DNA of 64,000 bases from Octopus vulgaris. Its lineage: Eukaryota. The translations under genes were made by a program, and so were the position numbers. The notes under the pieces were generated by a model. That model worked only from the letters and a program-made list of their open reading frames with translations, was not told the DNA's origin and did no database searches. Of this stretch, positions 13,513 to 24,659 are shown one piece after another (within the stretch, counting starts at the first letter, position 1; every line of letters starts with the position of its first letter). Location of the stretch: NCBI GenBank assembly GCA_951406725.2, contig OX597821.1, positions 78,926,001-78,990,000 of the forward strand. The letters are read 5' to 3'.

Positions 13513-13927
13513 GGCGCAGGAGTGGCTGTGTGATAAGTAGCTTGCTAAACAACCACATGGTTCCGGGTTCAGTCCCACTGCGTGGAATCTTGGGCAAGTG
13601 TCTTCTGCTATAGCCCCGGGCCGACCAATGCCTTGTGAGTGGATTTGGTAGACGGAAACTGAAAGAAGCCTGTCGTATATATGTATATATATATATGTGT
13701 GTGTATATGTTTGTGTGTCTGTGTTTGTCCCCCTAGCATTGCTTGACAACCGATGCTGGTGTGTTTACGTCCCCGTCACTTAGCGGTTCGGCAAAAGAGA
13801 CCGCTAGAATAAGTACTGGGCTTACAAAGAATAAGTCCCGGGGTCGATTTGCTCGACTAAAGGCGGTGCTCCAGCATGGCCGCAGTCAAATGGCTGAAAC
13901 AAGTAAAAGAGTAAAAGAGTAAAAGAG
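13513..13927 (+). mobile_element. Full-length tRNA-derived SINE (CORE-like domain, internal microsatellite, LINE-derived tail)
   Basis: A box tggctgtgtga, B box ggttcagtccc, ttgggcaagtg, internal (TA)(TG), tail ggcggtgctccagcatggccgcag...(gtaaaaga)n. Confidence 0.88.
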
Positions 13928-14103
13928 ATACATATATATGAGTGTGTGTGATTGTGTATAGAAGAATATATTAATAAAAGGAATTCCAACCTTGTCTGAT
14001 TTTCACGTTTTATTTACAATCTTACAATGATATATTATAAGATAATATATTATAATAAAATAAAATAAAATAAAATAGTAGAATGTTAAAGGATCATTCT
14101 GAT

Positions 14104-14148
14104 TGAACTAGTAATTTCATGCATTAAATCCTGCAATCTTCGGGTTCA
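14104..14148 (-). ncRNA. Degenerate minimal hammerhead-ribozyme-like motif
   Basis: Minus strand: UGAAC CCGAAGA U UGCA ggauuuaa UGCA U GAAA uuac UA GUUCA. The core has U4>C. Confidence 0.45.
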
Positions 14149-14175
14149 TGTAGTAGTGGTGACAGTCATGCTTCA

Positions 14176-14490
<315 letters not shown>

Positions 14491-14715
14491 CAAATTGAAT
14501 GATGGTGGTATTTTAAAGTGTCTGAATATCGAAATATTCGATTAGAATACCTTCATGAATGTTCATGACTATGTGACTCCCTGAAAGTTTGAGCTTTTCT
14601 TTTCCTTTTATTTTGGCTCAAAATCACTTCCCTTTAATTCCTCGGTGACTCCTCTATTTATTGACTGAACATTTGATAAATTTTCTTCCTCAATTGATTT
14701 TACATTTATTTGTAG

Positions 14716-15106
14716 TTGTTGGTTGTCGGAGATACCATTCTATGCTGCTTTCCTGGCTCCCGTCGTGACTATTCTCATCTTCAACATTATCATGTTTTTC
14801 TCGTTATCTTGCGTCTTATCGCAATGCAAAATAACAAGCTGCTTCAACACGAAACCAGAAGACTACGTTTTCTTGGAATATTTGGTTTGTTTTTCCTGTT
14901 CGGATTATCTTGGGTCTTTGCATTCTTCGCTGTTGGGGAAGCAGCAGAAGTGTTTCAGATTCTTTTCGTTACCTTCAGTGCCTTTCAAGGAACGTTTATC
15001 TTCTTATTCTACTGTATATACAAGAAAGATACCAGAGACATCATCTGCTCGTGTATATGTAAACAAAAGAAAGAGAAAGCCAGTAAAGTTTTAAGAACCT
15101 ATAAAA
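14716..15106 (+). pseudogene. Adhesion GPCR copy L, TM5-TM7 exon with a 1-bp deletion (T5 at 14795-14799)
   Basis: CWLSEIPFYAAFLAPV..., then LFGLSWVFAFF...FQGTFIFLFYC in a shifted frame. 391 nt versus 392 nt in the other copy. Confidence 0.85.
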
Positions 15107-15441
15107 GTAAGTGCAATTTGATCTTTCTTATTCTTACTACTCCCACAACCAGGGTCAATATGTTGTAATGGGTCTAATCACAAACACCACTTCTACCAAT
15201 ACAACCAATGTCAACGTCATCGCTCTTAGGACTGGAGAGACATCGTAATAAATACCAACTGCATTCTTGTCATCATCATCATCATCTGCATATATGCATG
15301 TATTTATTTACTTATGTATGTACGTACGCATGTGTGCATGTATGTATGTACGTATGTATATATATAAGTATGTATACACAAATATATATGTATATAGGTA
15401 CATATATCTATATATATATACATACATAAAGAGACGTAAGA

Positions 15442-15750
15442 AGGCGCGTAGCTTCGGAGTTAGGGCATTCAGCTACGATCGTAAAGTCCTGAGCTCGATC
15501 ACTAACGGTGCATTTTGATCTTGAGCAAGACACTCTATTTCCTGTTGCCCCAGTTCAATCAGCTGGCATAAGTGAGCTGTACCTGCATTTCAAAGGGGCC
15601 AGCCTTGCCACATCTGTGTCATACTGAATCGCCTTGATAACTACGTTCAGGTTACGTTTGCCTGTGCAGTGCTCACCCATCTGTGCGTTAGTTTCACGAG
15701 CAGTCTTTTCCGTTGATCGAATCAACTGGGACTCTTTTCGTTGTAACCGT
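15442..15750 (+). mobile_element. Old tRNA-derived SINE (mirrored at about 36270-36579)
   Basis: Head ggcgcgtagcttcggagttaggg...gagctcgatc with a cttgagcaagacact CORE-like motif. Confidence 0.6.
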
Positions 15751-16301
15751 TGCGAGACAAAGACAGAGAAAAGAAGAGGGGGATAGACAGTGAAGTGAGT
15801 TAGATGGATTGAGAGATCGTTGTGAAATCTATATGCCGCCACAGAGAGATCCTTGTGAAATTTACACAGTGGCAAAGATAGACTTATGTAAACTTTACAT
15901 ATTACTACAGATCAATGTGAAGTCTAAACACAAACATAAATAGGACCATGTAACACACGGCCACAGATGGATCTACGTAAAGCATACATCCACACAATAG
16001 AACTAAGAAGTCTCTCATATTTTCCCTCTCAAGTTGTCCAGTTGTTCTGGAAGATATTCCTGAACCAATATTGCCAATATTTTACGACATAGTCCTGATA
16101 ATTATATTCTCGCCATTAGTTTCTGTAATTAATGTTTTCAATATAAATTGTGTTGGTCATCCATGATTCATCCATGTAATAATATCTTAACGTATGGGAA
16201 AACAGTGGATGACAACTGGGGTTACATAAAAAATATAAGGGCTAGGGATATTTTACTTTGAAAATAAATATTTTATATAAGTTTTCTCATTGTGTTTTCA
16301 G

Positions 16302-16336
16302 GCTCTGGTGATGGAACAGCAGAAATGAACACATAA
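16302..16336 (+). pseudogene. Adhesion GPCR copy L, predicted terminal coding exon (SSGDGTAEMNT*)
   Basis: Polypyrimidine tract plus ttttcag acceptor. Phase matches the previous exon; ends in TAA. Confidence 0.6.
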
Positions 16337-17799
16337 ATAGAAACGTTAAAACAAACGTCTGTGAATTGACAGAAAAGACATTGATGAGAATAATAACGAG
16401 GATAATCCACAAAATATATAACTTATTTCGGATTATATGAATTAAAACATGATGGATATATAAAGATTTGCAAATTGACATTCCCCTTAACCATCAAATC
16501 ATGAATGGATCAACTGAAAGAAATGACAAAATTATATAAAGTAGAAAAACCTAGCGGAAATCCCGCAGGTGTCGCTACCGAGCATAATTACATATAAACA
16601 ACTTATTAAATTCATACTGTTCCTTCCAAAAATATAATCCTTTTTAACATAAGAGGTCCAGTAATTAAAAAAGGGCTCAATATATATTTTCTTTCATTAA
16701 TAACTATTGTTTAAATTAAAACACACATAGGCACATCATTAATGAAAACAATTTATTCAGACTTTACCGGGTTAAAATATAATTTATTTTACTCCCTATC
16801 ACTTACTACCGTATCTACGGTACCTTATTGCAATTGTAAGTAAAATTATATTTCCTGGGGCTAAATATTTAAATAAAAATAATACTGTTTATTTAATATA
16901 AACAGAAAACATTATTGTCAGTAAAATTTTTCTCCTTTCAAATGAAGTTTCTGGAATATGACACCAAACGTAAGAAGGAACGTATAATTTATATAAAGAT
17001 ATAGATTTGATAAACAACACGATCACCATTATGATGGGACTAATACAGCAACATCACAAAAGAATATATATAGATACATGAATAAATGTGTATAACATTC
17101 AGGATACATATATTTGTATAATCTATGATGGTGTGAGGAAACATTTTCTTTTATAGTTTGTGTCTATATGCATTTCTAGCATAATAAATATAATGTTATC
17201 ACTGATACATGAAAATACATTTCTCATCTATTTATACAATGACAAACATATTAATATCGTATTTTCCTCGCTCAGGAAATATCTTAGATGGGATGTATAT
17301 CTTACTATAGTTGACCTTATGTCCGTCCGTCTGTCCGTGACCATTTCACGGCCAAACGACTGATTAAACTTGCACGAAGGTTAACAGTCTTACTAAGGAC
17401 GTCTCGAGAATGGTTTGTATCATGTTTAAAATGTTTTATTGGAAACACTAGCCACACTGCTTCGATTCGGACGAAACTAAGGAAGCCATTTCCGTATCTC
17501 TTATTATAAAATGCAGATTTTATCTGCCTCCCTTTGTATCTTATAGAAATCTACAATATAGGATTTCTTCAATTACAATTTACCTAGCATTTTTAAGAGT
17601 AGAATGCATCGGGTCGTGCCAGGTCCACTTTTTAAAATTTCAACCCCAATTAAGCAACATTTAGAGAAAACTCACATTGTGGTGTATATGTCAAATGTTT
17701 TTCTTAGTGTGGGATACAGCACACGCAAACGCACACACACACAAACGGAGCGAACTGTTTCACTGACGCTATCACCCTTCTCCTCCTTTGTCTTTGCAA

Positions 17800-18474
17800 G
17801 TTTGCAGCTATTAAAGTGAAAACAGTGAATCCGACAGCGATTAAGAAAATGAATTGGTACCTGAATGGAGTGAAAATTTAAAAACTGCTTCTTTCGGTGA
17901 TTTTTCTGAAGAAACTGCACCAAGCCACAGACTTTCCCAGAAGAGTAAAGCCTTAAACTATTTCTTTTTACTTTTTCGAATGAGCCCATTTGAAATCATT
18001 ACGGCGGAAACGAAACGTTACGCTAAACGTAAACAAAACGAAAGAAAGGATAGTTTGTTATTTCCAACAACCTTAAATGAAATTAAGGCCTATTTTGCCA
18101 TAATATTATTATGGGTATCAGAAAGTTACCCAGAATAACAAATTCCATCGTAAAATGTTGTTGTATACCCAATTGAATATTAGCTAATAACCCATTTTCT
18201 ATAGCGATGTTTGAACAAAATTTTAATAATTTTATATATTGTTGAATTTACCTGTATCTACCTGCAATTAGAGTCACTTTGTGACGAAAATTATAGTATA
18301 GAATTGGTTGAGGACATTTCATTAAATTATCTTCCAAAAATCACATTAATATATTGATAAATAAAAAAGTTATAGTTGTTTAATGAAACCAGACTAAATT
18401 TATGATTACGTTAGAAATTAATTGAAACACATAAGGGTGTATTTTGGTCAGAAATATAGTAACGAAAGGGTTAA
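17800..18474 (+). mobile_element. piggyBac (PGBD4-like) transposase remnant with right terminus GGG-TTAA
   Basis: ALNYFFLLF...IITAETKRYA...PTTLNEIKAYFAI, and aaagggttaa at 18465-18474. Confidence 0.7.
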
Positions 18475-18582
18475 GAAAAACCAAAAAATATTTTATTCTT
18501 TATAAATGTTGTATTCAAAATAACATATTCTTTTAAGAATGTGTATATAACAAAGTATGTGTATATAACTACGTGACTTATA

Positions 18583-18977
18583 TCTTTATATATAGGAGTG
18601 AAGTTGTGTGTCTGTCTCCTACGATTTAGATTCCTAACTACTCCCACATTTTGCGGTGCAGTGTAATCAAAACCGGGTATCTTATAGTCGTGAGTCATAT
18701 CGAGCCCTTCTGGGTATTAGCGCGCGTCTACGATGAGTCTACGATTTAAAAAAATTTACCATCATATTTTTCTATTTTAATGCATTTTTTCGCTATTATA
18801 TAAGGGAAGTAACTCTCTAAAAATATCTACGATGTGTCAACGATTTAAAAAGAAATTTACCTTAATTTTTTTTCCATTTTTAATGCTTTTTTTCCTATTT
18901 TTTGGCTATAACTCTCTAAAAATGCTTATATAGTTATTTCCCTTACAAACCCGAGCAACGCCGGGCGATACTGCTAG
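18583..18977 (+). mobile_element. Nested non-autonomous Helitron
   Basis: A|TCTTTATATATA ... cccgagcaacgccggg hairpin ... CTAG|T. Confidence 0.85.
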
Positions 18978-20910
18978 TACATAAATAAAAATACATGAAA
19001 ATAAATTATACGAAAATCGGCCACAGTAGCTAAACAGAAACAAAAACCTAAATAGCATTTATGAATGTTCCAACAGTACTTTCAGATGTTCTTTCATTAT
19101 TATCTCTACAACGGTTCTGGATGTTGATGGTGTGAGCGACACACAAATTGTATGAGCGACACACTGACACACATAGACAAAGAGAGAAAGGCAGAGGCAG
19201 AGGAAAACAGAAACACACAGAAACAGAGAGAAAGACACTATGCGTGTGTGGGTGTGGGTGCGTGCGTTTATTTTAACCCTATCAACACACTTCCTCTACA
19301 GCGATTTCAATTTGGTACAGCACCCAGGACAAAAACTAAATAAATAAAAACAATAATGTTAATGAATACATGATTAACAACTTCCCAGAAGAAAGTTGAC
19401 ACTAATTAAATTCGGACATTATAGTTGATGGCAATTAGCAACAGTATCTACAGGATTTCCTTAACAACTTGAATCCATCGGGACTACCTAAGCATAGGAT
19501 CTCACTGTAAAAGTACTGTCCTATAATGCTCCTACGAAATTGTGACCCTGCCAATGGAAATTGCAACGGAACAAGATACACCCTCACGCAACTCAATTCT
19601 CACGTCATCGAGGCAGTGATAGCGAGTGGCCCTCACAGTGGTAAGCACCTGTTCACACGTCGGATACCACTGTTACCCTCCGACAACCAGTTTCCCTTCC
19701 AATTAAGATACAGGCAATTTCCCATCAAACTAGCCTTCTCATTCACAAATATCAAGTCTCAGGGCCAGACTTTAGATTATGTTGGTGTGTTTCCGCCCAG
19801 TCCGTTGTTTACACACGGCCAGTTGTATGTCTCTATGAGCAGAGCAGTGGACTCAGCTAATTTGAAAATTAGTGTTGATGAAACACAAAATATCTGTTAC
19901 AAAGAAGTATTGTAAACATAATAATATCATGAATATGTACTATATAAACTCTACATGAATATAATCGAAACCAACCGCTATTTATATTTTGTTAGATTTC
20001 CCATGCCCTATTTCAGTATAAATACATTTATACTGAAAGTTGTTATTATTTTCCATCCTCCTTTCATCTCCAATCGTAGATGGGTAGGTTTGCTAGTGAA
20101 TATTATGAAAGAACTTTCCACAATGTTACCAATGTAAATATTGATATGGTTATATAAAATAAAGTGTACAGCGGTTGTTATAACATACAGTTATATCTTC
20201 CCTCTTGTGTGGACACCTTTATTCTTATATAAGATATTTCTTTTATCAAATGGTTTTTGACATTGATACAATAGCCCACCTGCATAATTAGATACACCGA
20301 TAGTTAATCGTCTTTTCAATGATATTCCATGACATCAGTAACACATCTCTTCTTCTGCAGGAATATGTTTGTGTTTAGTTAAGGAACCATTCAGAGAGAA
20401 TGATTTACCGCAGACATAATACGGATAGGTTTTTGTCCTCCTGCATGAATGCTCTCAAGAATAGTTAAATTAGTGATTTGCTAGAATGAATTACCACAAA
20501 TGTCAAAGTGATATGGCATCTTCCCTTTAAGAGTACACGTGTGTTTACATTGGGCCAGAGCTTCTAGAGAACAATTTGCCAGAGATATCACAATGATATG
20601 ATTTCGCTTTCTGATGAATGAGATTACACTTAGTTAAATGACTTCTTACAGAGAATGATTTACCACAGATAGGAACGCTAATTTGGCTTCTCACCCTTCA
20701 GTACACTATTTTGAGAGAGACACATAACAACGGCTTCTCTCCTGTATGAATATATGTGTGTTGACTTATATATTATTATTGAGAAATGATGCACCACACA
20801 TATCACGCTGATATAGCTTCTCTCCTGTTTGAGTGCATTTATGTTTAGCTAAGTTACATTTTGCAGAGAATAATTTATTACAGTCAGCACAGCAATGAGT
20901 CTTCTCACCT

Positions 20911-21133
20911 CTATTCCTTTTACTCTTTTAATTCTTTCAGTCATTTGTCTGTGGCCATGCTGGAGCACCACTTTAAATAGTTTGAGTCGAAGAAATCGAC
21001 TCTAAGACTTATTTGTAAGCCTAGTATTTATTCGATCGGTCTCTTTTGCCGAAGTGCTAAGTTACGGGCGTGTGAACACAGCAACATCTATTGGGAGGTG
21101 ATGGTGGAGGGACAAACATAGAGACACTCATGC

Positions 21134-21173
<40 letters not shown>

Positions 21174-21188
21174 TTTTATACATATATT

Positions 21189-21251
<63 letters not shown>

Positions 21252-22501
21252 GGGAACGACGGTATGCAGGGAACAGTGCAGTTTGACGGATCGCCCTCGG
21301 AGTCGTTCCCCATCCAGAGTGGAGTGAAACAGGGTTGCGTTCTGGCGCCGACGCTCTTCGGAATTTTCTTCTCCCTTGTCCTGTCCTATGCCTTCAGAAC
21401 GTCGGACGACGGAGTGTTCCTCCACACCAGGGCTGATGGTGGATTGTTCAATCTTGCGCGCCTCAGAGCTAAGACCAAAGTCCGTCAGGTGCTGATCAGA
21501 GAGATCCTCTTTGCTGACGATGCCGCCCTAACATCACACAACCAGCCGGGTCTCCAGAGGCTGGTCAGCTCCCTGGCGGATGCCTGCCAAGAGTTCGGCC
21601 TTACCATCGGCCTGAAAAAGACAGAGATCATGGGCCAGGACGTCGGAGGGGTCCCCAGCATCAGTGTCGGCGACCACAGCTTGCAGGTGGTGAAGGAGTT
21701 CACTTACCTGGGATCGACGGTCTCCAGCAGCCTGTCCCTCGAGCCGGAGCTGAACAGACGGATTGGGAAAGCTGCTGCTGCCATGGCTAAGCTCTCCAGG
21801 AGAGTGTGGGAAAACAACATGCTCACAATAACCACCAAGATCGCAGTGTACCGAGCCTGCGTGCTGAGCACCCTACTCTACGGCAGCGAGAGCTGGACAA
21901 CATACACCCGGCAAGAATGCCGCCTCAGCGGCTTCCACATGCGGTGTCTTCGACGGATCCTTGGCATCTCCTGGAAGGACCGAGTACCAAACGGAGTCAT
22001 CCTAGAACAGACTAATATGCCAAGCATGCATGCCCTCCTCGTGCGGAGACGACTGCGCTGGCTCGGACACGTCTGCCGCATGCAGGACGGTCGCATGCCT
22101 AAAGACATCCTGTACAGCGAACTCACCACGGGATCCCGACCCAAGGGACGTCCACAGTTACGATACAGGGATGTGTGCAAGCGCGACCTGAGGACTGCCA
22201 ACATCTGTGTGGACACGTGGGAGGTAACAGCTGCTGACCGCTCTGCCTGGCGTCGGACTGTGAGGAAAGGCGTTTCCATGGCTGAAGAAAGGAGAGCACA
22301 GCTGTGGTCGGACAGGCGGGACAGGAAGAGGACAACTGCAGCAACACCCCACACGTACCCATCGATGTTCGTGTGCAGCAACTGTACCAGGGACTGCCAC
22401 TCTAGAATTGGACTGTTCAGTCACAGCAGACGCTGCTCATCATCAAAGTAGGCCCCACCCTTGGCGCGACCCATTGTCTATCAAGACAGACGGGAGAAGA
22501 A

Positions 22502-22538
<37 letters not shown>

Positions 22539-22675
22539 CAAATCCACTCACAAGGCTTTGGTCGGCCAGAGGCTATAGTAGAAGACACTTGTCCGGGGTG
22601 CCATGCATGGTTCTGTACACGGAACCATGTGGTTGAGGAAGAAGCTTTATATCACACAGCTACCCCTGCGCCTAT
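20911..22675 (-). mobile_element. tRNA-derived SINE split by an RTE insertion in its internal (TA)n
   Basis: Tail at 20911-21134 and head at 22535-22675, both on the minus strand, same family as 13513. Confidence 0.8.
21247..22503 (+). mobile_element. Young 5'-truncated RTE (BovB-like) LINE, open RT C-terminal ORF 21264-22451
   Basis: [36 protein letters not shown]-terminal CxxC..SRIGLFSH..RC, (GAA)n tail. GC-rich and flanked by (TA)n. Confidence 0.93.
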
Positions 22676-24004
22676 AAAACAAATACATTTCTAAGTAAAG
22701 TGGATACCTTTTTGAACGAATCCTGTTTAATAGATATCACAGTGGAAAGATCCTTTTACTTTATTACTTGGCATTTCATCATTGAAATCAATTCTTCTGG
22801 AGAGCTGCATACAGGCTTCTTTCCACACAATCCATTTCCCATAATCTTTCACTTTTCGCTACTACATATAGATATTCTTTAACTCCTGTGTCATCTACTA
22901 TTCTGGAATATCAGAGAAACATTAAAATCTTAAGACTTAGCAGTGGAAATTTGTCAACATTTCCATAATGATAAACAATAGATTTGATCCTTTAGCAGAA
23001 CAATTGCAGTTTAATCTTGGATTTTTTCAAATCAAATCTCATCACACAACAATCAAATCGATACATTTACACCTTCATGCTGTGTAACATTATATATATC
23101 AAACACCCAGCACAATGGACAATTACATTCTTCATAATTACCTCGTTGTTGTTTCGCCCCGAGTCAGCTCTTACTGACCAGACTTATCCTGAAAGACATT
23201 TCAGCTGTGACTATCGTGCCATGGCTGGAATCGCTTTGATGACTATGCCATAACTTTGCATTCGAATAACCTTTTTAAAAATATAAATATTTTAAAATAA
23301 AATTTCGCGAGTGTCTGTTTTTTAAAATGTTCTTTATGTCGAAAGAATTGAATAAGATAACGTTTTTGCAGAGATCCGGATCAGACACAGAAATTCGAGC
23401 TGCAAAGCTTTCATTGGAAAATATGCACCGTTGAGAGAGTTGTGAGGAAGTCATTGTAGGTTAGGGGTTCGTAAGAATAGATCCAAAACTCCACCAAACA
23501 TTATTTTTTTTTAAAGTTTTATCAACATAATCTTAACCTTCACCCTCAAAACCTTATCTCTGCAAAATTTCAATCGCATTTTAAAGAAACTTAACATTAA
23601 AGAAAACTCTATCGCAAAGCTCGATGTTTAAGTACAGATTCGACAAATGAGCCTACAATGTAATAATGTATAACAAGAGAGAAATTCCAGAAGATGATTT
23701 GTACCTGTTTTGAAGCATTTACACTTTGGATACGGTAATTCAGAGGAGCGAAGTCCACGTTTAGTCCTAATAAATCGGGATTATTCACCACGTGTTGTAG
23801 GAAAGTGAGCAATGCGTCCTGTTATGGCAATCCAAATGAGAATTATTATTATTTTCTATTTGAAAGCCAACTGAAAATTGAAGGAAGATCAGGAAAGCTA
23901 TTCTTTCATATGTGGTTGATTAAAACCACCCCTTTAAAATAACCACTGGCCTTTAAAATAAGGAACAACCGATTAACGAATTTATTTGTGGATTAAATAA
24001 AATA

Positions 24005-24648
24005 CGATTAATTTGGCACTGGTTGGTGACCATAGCTGAGAGCAATAGTCAAGGTGGTTTAGGACAAGTGTCCTCCAGAGGACCATCATGGTTTCCTGCT
24101 CTCTTGTTCTAAAATTTCTAAGAATGCATCCGGTCAGCCGCCAACATTTCATTGCCACTTTAGCAACATGCACATGAAAGGTTGCATCATTACTCATGTA
24201 AATGGCCAGGTCTCGAACTGATTGTGCCTCTGGGATTGCAATCCCTCCAGATCCAGTGTATGTATTGGATGTTGCATTTAGTTTTGCATGCTGATAGCAC
24301 AAACTTTTCAGCTTTGAACTGCATGTTATTCTTTTCGGCGCACTTGTATATTCTATCCAGCTCAAATTGCAGGTTCATAGCGTCTTCAGGATTCTGTATT
24401 ACCTGTGAAACTTGTGTATCATCTGCATAACTTGTGATTGTGTTTCTCTGTGTGGCTGAGTGCATGTCTGAGACGGCCATTATGAACAGTATTGGTCCTA
24501 AAACAGTGCTTTGCGGAACGCCACTCACTATTTGCGTGTCATTGGAGGTGAACCCATTGGCTACTATCACCTGACTTCTGTCCTTCAGAAAGCCATGAAG
24601 CCATTCTCCTAATTCTCCAACTATGCCAAGATCACTCACTTTGTGACA
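24005..24648 (-). mobile_element. CR1-like LINE RT fragment, same family as the 52731 element
   Basis: SGVPQSTVLGP, SYADDTQ, LDYCSQLWSP, with clear nucleotide similarity to 53310-53950. Confidence 0.85.
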
Positions 24649-24659
24649 TATATACACAC

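Larger units (their letters stand above)
17300..20096 (+). mobile_element. Composite Helitron (TC...CTAG inserted at A^T) with a PIF1-helicase remnant at about 19350-19915
   Basis: 5' TCTTACTATA, subterminal hairpin and CTAG at 20093-20096. ORF MLLRN..CNGTR..QFPIKLAF..KSQGQTL..HGQLYVSMSR. The empty site is present in the other arm at about 34735-34760. Confidence 0.88.
20300..22842 (-). pseudogene. Decayed C2H2 zinc-finger gene (pieces about 22680-22842 and 20300-20910), interrupted by SINE and RTE
   Basis: Repeated CDxCG..SF / HxxxHTGEK-like units with stops and frameshifts. Candidate ATG at 22842 downstream of a ttccag acceptor near 22905. Confidence 0.7.

Noticed and set aside
13513-13600. 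Possible tRNA genes at A/B-box heads
   Set aside because: No complete cloverleaf; they continue into SINE body and tail
23364-23567. 12-bp inverted repeat ttttgcagagat/atctctgcaaaa (possible MITE)
   Set aside because: Short, with no clear termini or TSD
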